IMG/VR virus record: IMGVR_UViG_3300022876_000185
DNA: 64,000 nucleotides
Source: an uncultured virus (IMG/VR IMGVR_UViG_3300022876_000185)
Lineage: Duplodnaviria > Heunggongvirae > Uroviricota > Caudoviricetes
Reading direction: 5' to 3' (one strand)
Both the position numbers and the translations under genes were made by a program. Of the stretch, positions 9,838 through 19,662 are shown piece by piece (the first letter of the stretch is position 1; the number at the start of each line of letters is the position of its first letter). Under the pieces are notes generated by a model. The model made no database searches. It was given only the letters and a program-made list of their open reading frames with translations, and was not told the DNA's origin.

Positions 9838-11749
9838 TTGAACCTCCTTCTGCTAACATTCCTGAAACTTCTTCAACACGTTGACCAAATCTATCAATAA
9901 TACCATCAATATCTAATTCACTGCTAATACGGTTTTCATTTTTCATATCTACTTTGATTTCTGCCGTTGTATAACGATTGATTGCTTCACGTTCAGCTAT
10001 ATCACGAAGATACTTTAAATCCTCATTCATTATTTTAATACCTTCAGTTGCCTTCTCGGTATTGTCTGCTGTTTTCTTACCTAACTCATTACCTTTATCA
10101 AGTTTGTCACCTAACGCTAATGCTTTATCAATGTCATTTTTTATCTTATCTTCTTGATTATTGTCTTTTTTTTCTTCTCCAGATTTAAATAAATTTTCTC
10201 CCCAATTGTAGCCTGTATCCCAAGCCTTACTTAAATTTTTAAATTCCATTTTAGGAGCTTCCCAATAATTATCAGGAGCTTCACCAATCCAGTTGTCTAA
10301 AACTCCTTTAAGACTTTTTAGATCACTTGTTATGGACTCACGATGGCTAAACTCAGTACCCATTTTTAAACCAACGTAAGATACAACACTATCTGGTAAT
10401 AAACTTATAAACCAATTCCAAGCTTGTATGGCCCAATTGACTGCATCTATGATGGCATTAACGAAATTTGTAGCAAACTGATCCCAACCTTGTGACATGG
10501 AAATAGCAAGGTCTAAAACCAAAGTTGCTAGATTATAAAATAATCGTTTTACAGAGTAAGTTGAATTTTTCGTACTATTAACAAGAAATTCATTAAACGA
10601 AGCAAATATATTCCAAAAAAAGGCGATTATATTATAAATAAAAGCATATAAAAACATGAATGCCCCAGCTATTATTCCTGTAGCACTAACCGAGGTCCCA
10701 GCAAAATAATTGAAAGCGGCTACCGCTAAATAGAAAAGACCAATAAGAATGACGATGGCTATTACTAAAATAAATATTGGATTGGCTGCTATCGCCGCAT
10801 TTAAGCCCCATGCTGCGGCTGTTGCAGCTAATGTTGCAGATACATTCGTCCATGTAGTTGCAGTTAAAAGCCCAATTGCAAGCGTTCTTAGACCAGTCCA
10901 AAGCGCACTGGCCATTTCGGCTGCTTTTACTAGTAGTAAAGCAGATTCATATACCAACATTGCTGCTGCAACAGTACTTATTATAGGAACTATAAACGAC
11001 CAACTATCCTTTAAACTCCCATCGGGTATAAAAAAATTCAATGTACTGGAGACAACTGAAGATAATTTCTCCATAGCAATGGTTACATTTTGCATGAGCT
11101 CCTTAAATGGATCGCTTTTTGCAATTTCACTTAATTTCGCTAATAGTCCATCAATAGCCATCCCAAGCACAGCATTCCTTATACTCTCTGCAGAAATCTT
11201 TCCACTACTTCCTATTTCTCGTATTTTATCGATTAAAATACCAAGGTAATTCGTAGTATTTTGGGCACCACTTGACGTAGACTGAAATATGGTGTTTAAA
11301 TCTTCTCCTTTAAGGTTTCCACTTCCCATTGCTTGTGTAAATGGTTGCTCGGTAGTTTGTAAATCATTATTGATTAACCTAGATGTGGTATTAGTCTCGT
11401 TGGACAAGAGTACTCTCCCCACTACTTGAAAATCTAAATATTTACCTACTAACTCCTTGACTTTATTTAATAACCCATCAACTGCAATAGTTCCATCCCT
11501 AATGTTGTTGCTAAAATTTTGTAGAGAATTATCAGCCTTACGAATTTCGTTTTCAACTATGTTAAATTGCTCAGCAGTTTTAGCTAATTCTCTTTGAGCT
11601 AGTTGAACACTTGAGGTATCCATCATTTGCCCTGAAGCAACATGCATAACTTCCAATTGATTGACCATCCTAGAAACCATATGATGTATGGTTTTAATTG
11701 GTTTACTTAAACGATCTTCAATTTGAATTGCCTTACGGATTGTAGCCAT
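9824..11749 (-). CDS. Tape measure protein (short, 641 aa)
   Basis: Position after the chaperone; FTQAMGSGNLKGEDL remnant of the TMP domain; hydrophobic centre; YLRDIAEREAINRYTTAEIKVDM C-terminus. Confidence 0.85.
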   Translation of the reverse strand: MATIRKAIQIEDRLSKPIKTIHHMVSRMVNQLEVMHVASGQMMDTSSVQLAQRELAKTAEQFNIVENEIRKADNSLQNFSNNIRDGTIAVDGLLNKVKELVGKYLDFQVVGRVLLSNETNTTSRLINNDLQTTEQPFTQAMGSGNLKGEDLNTIFQSTSSGAQNTTNYLGILIDKIREIGSSGKISAESIRNAVLGMAIDGLLAKLSEIAKSDPFKELMQNVTIAMEKLSSVVSSTLNFFIPDGSLKDSWSFIVPIISTVAAAMLVYESALLLVKAAEMASALWTGLRTLAIGLLTATTWTNVSATLAATAAAWGLNAAIAANPIFILVIAIVILIGLFYLAVAAFNYFAGTSVSATGIIAGAFMFLYAFIYNIIAFFWNIFASFNEFLVNSTKNSTYSVKRLFYNLATLVLDLAISMSQGWDQFATNFVNAIIDAVNWAIQAWNWFISLLPDSVVSYVGLKMGTEFSHRESITSDLKSLKGVLDNWIGEAPDNYWEAPKMEFKNLSKAWDTGYNWGENLFKSGEEKKDNNQEDKIKNDIDKALALGDKLDKGNELGKKTADNTEKATEGIKIMNEDLKYLRDIAEREAINRYTTAEIKVDMKNENRISSELDIDGIIDRFGQRVEEVSGMLAEGGSIEDV

Positions 11750-11768
11750 GAACTCTCACCTCTTTATT

Positions 11769-11801
11769 AAAAAAAGCACCCTACTCGAAGGATGCTTTTT
11801 T
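11769..11801 (-). terminator. Terminator-like hairpin upstream of the tape measure gene
   Basis: aaaaaagcaccct-actcg-aaggatgctttttt. Confidence 0.6.
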
Positions 11802-11809
11802 ATGGCTAT

Positions 11810-12115
11810 TGTTTAATAATTTATCTTTTCACTTTTCAATGTAAAGTTGTATGCTTTCTGTTGCTTCAACTACATAATTCTGCATGGTTAAATTCTCAAG
11901 ACTCCAAAGTAACTTCCAAATCCATTAATTTAAATAATTCACCAATCTATTGAATTTTATATTTTCCATTTTTAGTTTGTTCTTCTTTCAATTTGCTCAT
12001 CATCTTTTACTTCACCAATTACCTTGTCGGATGAGTTGATTATTGAATTATATCCACACACCACAGCAAAAACAGACATAACATAAGTAGATAAACATTA
12101 CACCTTTACATCAAT
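11810..12115 (-). pseudogene. Decayed moron remnant between the chaperone and tape measure genes
   Basis: RBS-like GAGGGA followed by broken frames with signal-peptide-like and charged fragments; has its own terminator. Confidence 0.4.
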
Positions 12116-12161
12116 ATTCCCTCTTATATAGAAACATTAATACAGAAAGATTAGCTAATTC

Positions 12162-12359
12162 CTAACGCTTCCTTCTTCTTCTAGACCCTCGTTTTGCCTC
12201 GCGCTCTTGCTTCTTATCTTCTTCGATTTTGACTTGTAAAGATGCTATAATACAGGCTTTGTCTGTCAAGGATAGAGACATATATTCAGACGGAAGACGA
12301 CGCATCTTTTGCACCCACCAGTGCATTATATTAGCATCACCATCACCGTCGTCTATTAG
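12162..12359 (-). CDS. -1 frameshift extension of the tail assembly chaperone (gpGT-like)
   Basis: Slippery A AAA AAC (12365-12359) before TAA; the -1 frame is open for 65 codons (LIDDGDGDANIMHWWVQKMRRLPSEY...). Confidence 0.8.
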   Translation of the reverse strand, partial: LIDDGDGDANIMHWWVQKMRRLPSEYMSLSLTDKACIIASLQVKIEEDKKQEREAKRGSRRRRKR

Positions 12360-12790
12360 TTTTTTACTTCTTCGACCATATCCTCTAGCTCAGCTTGGTA
12401 CCCATTGACTTCCTGTGCCACAGCAGAGGCATCTGCCATTTCACCGATTGTTAGCATCTTTCCAAGTAAAGCATCTGCACCCATTACACCATAAGAATCC
12501 TGCAGCTCTTTATCGTTTAAATTAGGATAAACAATAGATTCAACAGTTAATAAACGTTGGTATTTAAAATGGTCAAAATCAGTATTATACTGTCCCTTAC
12601 GCTTTCCTTGCGTAATCATAGAACGCTTAGTGGATTCTGATTTTAATTCAGCGTCTCGTTCTGGCGAAATTGGTGCGAACTCCCATTCAATTGGATTACC
12701 TTGCTCATCCACGAATTTCTTTGAAATAGCATGCTTAATGTTTTCATTTTGCTTTTTATTGTGCGCAAAAAATGCAGTTAAGTTTGACAT
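12356..12790 (-). CDS. xkdN: Tail assembly chaperone, XkdN-like
   Basis: SIVYPNLNDKELQDSYGVMGA..LL.KML..GE...EEVKN. Confidence 0.85.
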   Translation of the reverse strand: MSNLTAFFAHNKKQNENIKHAISKKFVDEQGNPIEWEFAPISPERDAELKSESTKRSMITQGKRKGQYNTDFDHFKYQRLLTVESIVYPNLNDKELQDSYGVMGADALLGKMLTIGEMADASAVAQEVNGYQAELEDMVEEVKN

Positions 12791-12857
12791 ATTTAATCAC
12801 CATATCCTTATTATTTATATTTAAAATTTAAAAAAGACCACATAATGAGCTCTCTTC

Positions 12858-13373
12858 TTATAACATTTCTTGTAAAGTTGTAAATTCTTCTGGCATATCC
12901 CAATCCTCGAAAGTGAAATCAATGGAATCCTCCAGGTACTCCGCATCTGCATCTAATGCAGCGATAATGCCTCCATCCATATTACAGTCAATCAGGATTG
13001 TTGTTTGACGACCTACTGACGCTGAGCCATCTTCATTCGTCACTTGGATATCAAAATAAATATCCTCCCCTGTATCTTTGTAACGCTTTAATAACTTACG
13101 GAATATTGAAGTATTAAAGTGGAATGTAGCACTGCCTGTAAACTCTGCACCAGTAGCTTTGTTACCCTTGGATACGCGCCCCATAATAGGTACTTGGGTT
13201 TTAGTTTTATCCATCCGGGCTTCTATGTTAATTAATTGAGCGAATAAGTATCTATTTCCTTCAATCGTCACGTATGCTCGACCTTGAGCACCATGAATGG
13301 CATTGCGAGCGTGCATGGTAGCATCAGCAAAATATTGTAGATTCAGTGAAATTAATGTTTTGTTTGGTTTCAT
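12858..13373 (-). CDS. xkdM: Tail tube protein, XkdM-like
   Basis: YFDIQVTNED..SVGRQT..L.DCN.DG...A.LDAD.E.LE...DFTFEDW. Confidence 0.9.
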   Translation of the reverse strand: MKPNKTLISLNLQYFADATMHARNAIHGAQGRAYVTIEGNRYLFAQLINIEARMDKTKTQVPIMGRVSKGNKATGAEFTGSATFHFNTSIFRKLLKRYKDTGEDIYFDIQVTNEDGSASVGRQTTILIDCNMDGGIIAALDADAEYLEDSIDFTFEDWDMPEEFTTLQEML

Positions 13374-13386
13374 CTTCTGTTTCCCC

Positions 13387-14709
13387 CTATTCTACTGTTG
13401 TTGTGATGTAAAGTTGTGACATCGCAACTGTAGGATTCACGATTTCATTTACCATAACAGCTTTCTTGGAATTACCTTGTGTAATGGTTAGTTCGTCTTT
13501 GTTGTAATTTTGGATTGCTCTAATACGTTGCATTTCCATGCGATGACTACCAATGTCGTTCCATAAAGAAATTCGGCCATCTTGATCATTTGGCACCTGT
13601 CCAAGATAGCGAGTGTTAAACAATTGAGCAGTATCGATGGCAAGTTGATCAAGCACACGAATAACTTGATTCATACTGAAATCCTCGTTTTTATCAACTG
13701 TGAATGACGTAAATGTATTCACATCTTCAAGTACGCAAATGTCATCACCTACACGATGGAATACATATTTACCAGATTTCAATAAAGTTGAGAGTTGTGA
13801 TTGTGTCTTGGTTTCAGACATATCAAGTGTAAATTCACCACTGTATTTTTTATTAGTATTTGACCTATTTATAAGCACTCCAGCTTGTGCGCCAGTTGCC
13901 CAATATACGGCACCGAACACTTCTTCATCAGTACCATTAGCATCGTTTTGTACGTCAATAATACCTTCATGGTCAGTGCTGCCAAGTTTATGACCTACAA
14001 GTTGGAACTTACCACCGACTTGGTCACGAATACGCTTTGTATACTCAACATACAGCGATTTAATTGAGCTTTCGGATGATAAACAGCCGAGAGTATTAAA
14101 ACCGTATGCTTCTAAAGCATCAAGTGCTTCTTGATGTACTCCACCTGTAATGGCCAAGCCATTGGAGCCTCCTGCTAATGGTGTCCCTGCTGTAACAGCT
14201 AATGTCGCATTCGTTTTAAATACGACAAAATCATTTGCGATTAAGTCTGCAGCAGTAGAAACCGCAATTTGTTCATCTACTAAAACATTAGCTAGTAATG
14301 TTTTAACATCGAATTTCGACGGCTCATCAACATTAGCCTGAATAATAATCGTGATATCATTACCTCGTGCACCTTTGTACTTAGCTGTGGCAAAATTATT
14401 AGTAGCTGCCTCTGCATCCACAGCAAGTTTGTACAAATAAACAGTGATGGCATTTTTAAATACATCACGGATACCTTTCAATTTTGAATCCGTATATTCA
14501 TAACCAAAGATTTTGCGAGAATCCTTTTGCAAATCCTCTTGTGTTACAGCAAATACTTCGCCATCTACGCCCCAATCAAGTGCAATTGGCAAACCAACGT
14601 AACCGCGATCACTTAGATTTACAAATGCACGAGTAGAGCTAATAAAATTATGATATGTCCCTGGTAATACTTTATTTTGTGTTAAAAATATCCCTCCACC
14701 TAACGCCAT
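13387..14709 (-). CDS. xkdK: Contractile tail sheath protein, XkdK-like
   Basis: MALGGG.F.TQNKVLPGTY.NF, AKYKGARGN and NQVIRVLD motifs. Confidence 0.95.
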   Translation of the reverse strand: MALGGGIFLTQNKVLPGTYHNFISSTRAFVNLSDRGYVGLPIALDWGVDGEVFAVTQEDLQKDSRKIFGYEYTDSKLKGIRDVFKNAITVYLYKLAVDAEAATNNFATAKYKGARGNDITIIIQANVDEPSKFDVKTLLANVLVDEQIAVSTAADLIANDFVVFKTNATLAVTAGTPLAGGSNGLAITGGVHQEALDALEAYGFNTLGCLSSESSIKSLYVEYTKRIRDQVGGKFQLVGHKLGSTDHEGIIDVQNDANGTDEEVFGAVYWATGAQAGVLINRSNTNKKYSGEFTLDMSETKTQSQLSTLLKSGKYVFHRVGDDICVLEDVNTFTSFTVDKNEDFSMNQVIRVLDQLAIDTAQLFNTRYLGQVPNDQDGRISLWNDIGSHRMEMQRIRAIQNYNKDELTITQGNSKKAVMVNEIVNPTVAMSQLYITTTVE

Positions 14710-14710
14710 A

Positions 14711-14932
14711 TTAATTACCTCCCCTATCGAATTTTTTCAGTATTTCATCCACTTGAGCGAATGAATATGTTTTTTCTGCTTCTAGTAATGCATTGAGTGC
14801 ATCACGGCGATAAATATATTTTTGACTTTTTGCAAGTTGTTCTTTTGTGAATTTAGGTAGTTTAGACATAATTACCTTTTTGACATCTTTGCTATCCATC
14901 GGCTCAACCACCTTATGAATTATTTTCGCCAA
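14711..14932 (-). CDS. Small conserved myophage protein upstream of the sheath gene
   Basis: FTKEQLAKSQKY..RRDALNALLE...YS...VDEIL; coupled to its neighbours. Confidence 0.7.
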   Translation of the reverse strand: MAKIIHKVVEPMDSKDVKKVIMSKLPKFTKEQLAKSQKYIYRRDALNALLEAEKTYSFAQVDEILKKFDRGGN

Positions 14933-15362
14933 CTGATACCACCTCTTCTTTGTTAATATAATGATCTAATGACCCCATAAAAACTTTCTCTTCTACTTCT
15001 TGTAAGAAGAAACTGAAACGAATATAATTATTACCAATTCCTTCAATTACTTCGCTAGTTGCTCCAGAACCACACAGTAAAGAATCGTTTAACAGTGTTA
15101 TTTCTTTTATTGCTTTTTGAACTTTCAATGTCATATTAGAAGCCTCGGATATGCCATTTTTAGGGTAATACTTCACATTAAAAAGTGTTGTTACTTTCCA
15201 TCGACCACCCATTTGCCGAATATGCTCTAAGCTCAAAAATTGAATTAAAAAAGCAGGTGTATTAAACCCCTGCGGTAATTCATCAATATATTTTTTATAA
15301 TCTGCTCCGAAAGCTTCCTGGAGCTTAACGGATATACCGTTCTGGATATCATTAATTTCCAT
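14913..15362 (-). CDS. Tail terminator/completion protein (XkdJ-like)
   Basis: YIDELPQGFNTPAFLI motif; first structural gene of the operon. Confidence 0.75.
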   Translation of the reverse strand: MEINDIQNGISVKLQEAFGADYKKYIDELPQGFNTPAFLIQFLSLEHIRQMGGRWKVTTLFNVKYYPKNGISEASNMTLKVQKAIKEITLLNDSLLCGSGATSEVIEGIGNNYIRFSFFLQEVEEKVFMGSLDHYINKEEVVSVGENNS

Positions 15363-15738
15363 TGAGAACCTCCTTCAACATGTTCATTCGTTTACAATCG
15401 AATGTGGCATTACTGCATCAAAATACACATGAATGACTCACTTTCAGACGTTTTAGGAATTGTCCATGTTAAGACAGGTCCCCTCTCCATTGTCTTTTTT
15501 ACAAATCCCCCAATTAAAACCACTCCTTTTTGTTTTAGCCTTTTAGATTAATTAAGATACCTCATCCCTTGAAAAATCTAGCCGGCCTAGTCATGCCACT
15601 AACAAACTTATAGGGCAATGGACGATCGACGGTAAGTCTTTCCAAACAATTTATGGTTTTTAAAGATTCCAAGGAGGAAATCCTTATCACGTCGTCCTAC
15701 TTCCGAGTTTACACTAACAATTACTAAAAATGATATGT

Positions 15739-15772
15739 TTGGAACGTTTGGAACATCTGTCACACTTGGAAC
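15739..15772 (-). promoter_or_regulatory. TTGGAAC direct repeats, probable late-activator binding site
   Basis: Copies at 15739, 15748 and 15766 (9-bp phase), between the activator gene and the tail operon. Confidence 0.5.
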
Positions 15773-15903
15773 ATTTGACAGGTAAAATTAAATTTAAAGG
15801 TCAAATATTATTAGTCGCATTAGTTTAGGGGAAAATATACAAAAAAGTTCCTTATTTCCGTTAAATTATAGCTAATGATTTCTGAAAAGAAGTTACTTTT
15901 TGG

Positions 15904-16338
15904 TTACTTCAACATCATATCTAAAACTCTTTCCCTCACTCGCTGAACACTAGTATGACTTATATTAAGCTTGGCACCAATCCAACGGAATGACATACCC
16001 TCTAGTAACCAGAAAAGTACTTCCTGTTCAAGGTCTCCAGTTACTTTATCAGCTAAATTTTGAACCAATAGCAGTTCATTTTTGATCTTGTTAATACGCC
16101 CCTCTCGTAAAGCTTTCATCTGTACATGAGCATAAACTGGGTCACTTTTATTTCCAATAGCCTTAGGCATTGTTGCCTCAAAACCATACTTAACTGTAGA
16201 AGCAGCAGTTGTTAATGACTCCAATTCTTCCTTCATTCTCATGTACTTACACATGTTGTCATGGTATTTCTTAATTGCCTGGTCTAGTTGGTACCGATTT
16301 AGTTGTGTTTTTTCTTTTAACATAGTTTTATCCTCCAC
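15904..16338 (-). CDS. Phage late transcriptional activator (ArpU/RinA-like, sigma70-r4-type HTH)
   Basis: C-terminal HTH LLEGMSFRWIGAKLNISHTSVQRVRE; KSDPV motif; position before the late operon. Confidence 0.75.
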   Translation of the reverse strand: MEDKTMLKEKTQLNRYQLDQAIKKYHDNMCKYMRMKEELESLTTAASTVKYGFEATMPKAIGNKSDPVYAHVQMKALREGRINKIKNELLLVQNLADKVTGDLEQEVLFWLLEGMSFRWIGAKLNISHTSVQRVRERVLDMMLK

Positions 16339-16434
16339 TGATTAAATTACCGCGCTTTTGATTTTTATATTCTATTCGTCCAATTAATATCTTTACCTAC
16401 TCCAATCATGCTTTCAGCTATAGCATATACACCC

Positions 16435-17460
16435 CTATTTACCAAGAATTTCTAATATCTTTAGTCTCTCCACTTCAAAATCTAGCGTGTTGTTATTAGA
16501 TTCAACAGATGAAGCTGGTAAATCTTCTTTATTATTACGATTGGTAAACCACTCTGGCACTATCTCTTTTCGACTTTTAGGTTTTTGATAAGAATATTGG
16601 CTAGATTGTTTCTCTCTTTCATTCTTGGCCTTTAGTTGCTCAACATTCGTTATAAAGTCCTTTCTCCAGTTTGCTAAAATTCGTTCTGTATACTGCATTG
16701 CTTTGTGTGGTTGTTGTAGTGCGGTAATTTTCATGGCTTCATAAACAAGCGCTGGATTATTTTTTCGTACCATGTCTTCTATACGTTCACAAATATAACC
16801 AGAAGCTCTTTGTATGTTTTTATCATAGAATTGTATTAGAAATTTTAATTGTTCCTCAGTAACTGACAAATGACTGATTATTTCACCTTCTGCTATTTGT
16901 TTTTCTTTTTCTTTTTGTTTTTCTTTTTCTTTTTCTTTTCGTTTTTCTTTTTCCCCAAACTCTTTAGAAGGTGTATCGATATAGTATTGATATGGTATCG
17001 AGCCTATATCATTAATAGGCTGGGGTTCTTCCTGCTCATTCAATCCATTTAACAGTATTGATACGTTATCGATACTATATCCGAACAGTTCTAATGAGGT
17101 AACATAGCTCTTAACAAATGGGATATGTTTTACAGCAAGCAGCTCCTTTTCGATACATTTCTTTACTTTAGGTGAATTTATAAAATTGTATTTTGCCCAG
17201 TTAGTTAACATGATTTCTTTCGTTAATTCGTTGTAATTTATTTTTCCGTATTCAAAGAACCTTTGTAATAGCTTTTGTACTGTCTCACGGTTGTACCCTG
17301 TATGCATTTCTATTACTCTGTAAGGTAACTCGTAAATGCCACATTGTGTTGTATTACTGTTTGTCATCAAATACAGATAGAAGTATTTCTCCTCTGGCGT
17401 AAGATCTAATACAAAGCCATCATCCCAAAATGTTGTGTGTACATGTCTGTATTTAGCCAT
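16435..17460 (-). CDS. Phage replication initiator with DnaD-like domain
   Basis: MAKYRHVHTTFWDD...LYLMTN..TTQCGIY N-terminus; KEKE linker; YTERILANW DnaD motif; internal (T/A)TCGATA-like repeats at ~16973-17075. Confidence 0.85.
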   Translation of the reverse strand: MAKYRHVHTTFWDDGFVLDLTPEEKYFYLYLMTNSNTTQCGIYELPYRVIEMHTGYNRETVQKLLQRFFEYGKINYNELTKEIMLTNWAKYNFINSPKVKKCIEKELLAVKHIPFVKSYVTSLELFGYSIDNVSILLNGLNEQEEPQPINDIGSIPYQYYIDTPSKEFGEKEKRKEKEKEKQKEKEKQIAEGEIISHLSVTEEQLKFLIQFYDKNIQRASGYICERIEDMVRKNNPALVYEAMKITALQQPHKAMQYTERILANWRKDFITNVEQLKAKNEREKQSSQYSYQKPKSRKEIVPEWFTNRNNKEDLPASSVESNNNTLDFEVERLKILEILGK

Positions 17461-17499
17461 TTGTCTTCACATCTCCTTAAATCATAATTTTTAAATTTT

Positions 17500-18200
17500 T
17501 AATCCTTTCTATTGCATACGAGTGGAATTTATTGTGTAAGTAAAATGATAATGTTTTTCCACATAAATAATAATTTCTGAATACTCATGGTGTATGTTGA
17601 TATATCCTATATCCAGCAGCCAAATAATCCATAAAATTGCATGCATTAAAAACTTCGAAATAAACATCTTCACATACTATGAAGCTACCAAAAATCAAGG
17701 TAGAAGGTTAGTCAGACAGAGAGTACCATTGGAATTTCTCTTTTATTAAAGCTTTCACGCTATCACTCCTTCTGCTTTCTTAATATTCTCCTTAAGATAC
17801 TGTTACAAAGAACGTGTATCTTACATTGTCCTAAATGGCTACAAAAGTACTGTTCACCCCCTACTATATCTAAGGTAACTTTGTTTACAATAACGTTAAC
17901 CATGTCCTTCTATTCGATTGAATTGAGTTAAACAATTTTAGAAATGTTTTCTAGTTTTCATTTATATTTCTTTTGTTGATATTCAAATTTTTCAAGTCTT
18001 TCAACCAGTTCACTAATAGCTGGAATAACCCCAATTACTAACCAATTTTGGACTGTTCAGCAATAACTTTAAAAGCACCAAGCTTTCAGAAAAAATTACC
18101 TTTTACCACATCTGGTAAATTACTTGGAAGATACACTTTAGTAAGTCCCCTACTAACATAATCTTTACCTTTTCACTTTACGAATTGCTCAACGTCAAAT
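17500..18200 (-). pseudogene. Debris of decayed early genes
   Basis: Several good RBSs (e.g. GAAGGAGTGA ~17770) followed by frames interrupted by stops; no ORF of 60 aa or more over 700 bp. Confidence 0.5.
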
Positions 18201-18251
18201 AGATTTGCTTCACCTTCCATTTTCACTACAACATAATGTATATTTACCTGT

Positions 18252-18515
18252 TCAATTAAATTTTTGTAATTGCTTCATAATAACCCACTTTGTATTACTG
18301 TGTTTTATATGTGCATTTTCCGCACTTTTCTCAGCAAAAAAAATGGTCCAATCTATACCTAATACATTTCCAATGGCTTGTGCAACTTTCACACTTGGTT
18401 TTAGACCATTCTCTATTTTGGTGTAATATGAGCGGTCAATACCCACCATATAAGAAACTTGTTCGTGGGATAAATTTAAGTCTTTTCGTTGTCCCTTTAT
18501 AATTTCATGAAACAT
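18252..18515 (-). CDS. Cro-like XRE regulator
   Basis: RKDLNLSHEQVSYMVGIDRSYYTKIENG HTH; AAAGGAGG RBS before ATG at 18515. Confidence 0.85.
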   Translation of the reverse strand: MFHEIIKGQRKDLNLSHEQVSYMVGIDRSYYTKIENGLKPSVKVAQAIGNVLGIDWTIFFAEKSAENAHIKHSNTKWVIMKQLQKFN

Positions 18516-18530
18516 GTCATTACCTCCTTT

Positions 18531-18629
18531 GTGCATTTATTACACAAATTATAAAGTGCATTTTTTGCACAGTCAACTTATTTTTTTGTGTAATTTTTTC
18601 ACAAAATATTTATTGTGCAAAAAATTCAC
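18531..18629. promoter_or_regulatory. Genetic switch: four GTG-N9-CAC operators and a sigmaA promoter
   Basis: Operators at 18531-45, 18556-70, 18588-602 and 18615-29 (a fifth at 18311-25). Minus-strand TTGACT(18576-71)-17 bp-TATAAT(18553-48). Confidence 0.8.
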
Positions 18630-18662
18630 CTATAATATAAAGAATAGAAAGGAGCGTACTGT

Positions 18663-19064
18663 ATGAAATATGGCGAGATATTAAAAAGATTGCGCACTGA
18701 AAAAGGTTTATCTCAAAAAGAATTAACTGACCTCCTTACAATCAATAGATCAACATATGCTCGTTACGAAACATCTTCCACACAACCTGACTTTGAAACT
18801 TTAAGTAAATTAGCTGACTTTTATGATGTATCTGTAGATTATCTTCTTGGTAGAACTGAAAATAAGAATGCTTTACATACACAAGCTGGCATTACAGATG
18901 AAGCATATTACAATCTAAGTGCATACCAAAAAGAAGTTATTGATTTCTTTTTAACCAGAGAGAATTTATTTTTCAAAAACCAACCGGAAAATATTCTTGA
19001 TGCTTTAGAACAATTCGAGGTTTATTACGAAGTATGGAAAAAGCAACAAGAGAACAAAAAGTAA
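18663..19064 (+). CDS. CI/ImmR-like XRE repressor
   Basis: LKRLRTEKGLSQKEL...LADFYDVSVDYLLGRT. Confidence 0.9.
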   Translation: MKYGEILKRLRTEKGLSQKELTDLLTINRSTYARYETSSTQPDFETLSKLADFYDVSVDYLLGRTENKNALHTQAGITDEAYYNLSAYQKEVIDFFLTRENLFFKNQPENILDALEQFEVYYEVWKKQQENKK

Positions 19065-19153
19065 TTTTACATTTTTAAGTACAATTTCCATACATTTAAA
19101 AAATTCACCTTTTCATTGGTGGATTTTTTTGTTAACATAAATAGAACATATGT

Positions 19154-19660
19154 TTGCAAAAGAGGGATGTTATGACTTTCGTTTATACTCATTTAGAAGA
19201 TTACATAAAAGATTTATTCACTAGCATTAATGTGACCAGTCCAAAACAATTAGATCCAAGAATAATAGGTCCTAAACTTGGTTTTAAGGTCATTTACTTA
19301 CCTTTCGATTCAGTAAGCTATGACAACATCATTTACATAGACTCACGTTTATCCAAGCGGGAACAATGGCAAGAATTTTGCCATGAGTTGGGCCATGTGA
19401 TCTCACATTCTGGGAACCAAACAAAAACACACCCTTTGTTTAGAGAGTATCAGGAATGGAAAGCAAATAATTTTGCTCTACAAGCATGTGTACCAACATT
19501 CATGCTAAATAAAATCAAGCTTCCTATAAATGAAGAAAAGGCTATTAATAAAATTTGTCTACTATTTAATGTTGAATACGATTTCGCGCAAAAAAGGCTT
19601 AATCATTATTTTAATAATCATTTTTTTAGCAATTGTACTCTTCTTGAAAGGAGCTGTTAG
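19154..19660 (+). CDS. ImmA/IrrE metallopeptidase (anti-repressor)
   Basis: FCHELGH HExxH motif and EWKANNFA; follows the repressor; start probably ATG 19172. Confidence 0.9.
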   Translation: MQKRDVMTFVYTHLEDYIKDLFTSINVTSPKQLDPRIIGPKLGFKVIYLPFDSVSYDNIIYIDSRLSKREQWQEFCHELGHVISHSGNQTKTHPLFREYQEWKANNFALQACVPTFMLNKIKLPINEEKAINKICLLFNVEYDFAQKRLNHYFNNHFFSNCTLLERSC

Positions 19661-19662
19661 CA

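Noticed and set aside
16895..16955. Low-complexity TTTTTC tract as a separate repeat element
   Set aside because: It encodes the KEKE linker of the replication protein.
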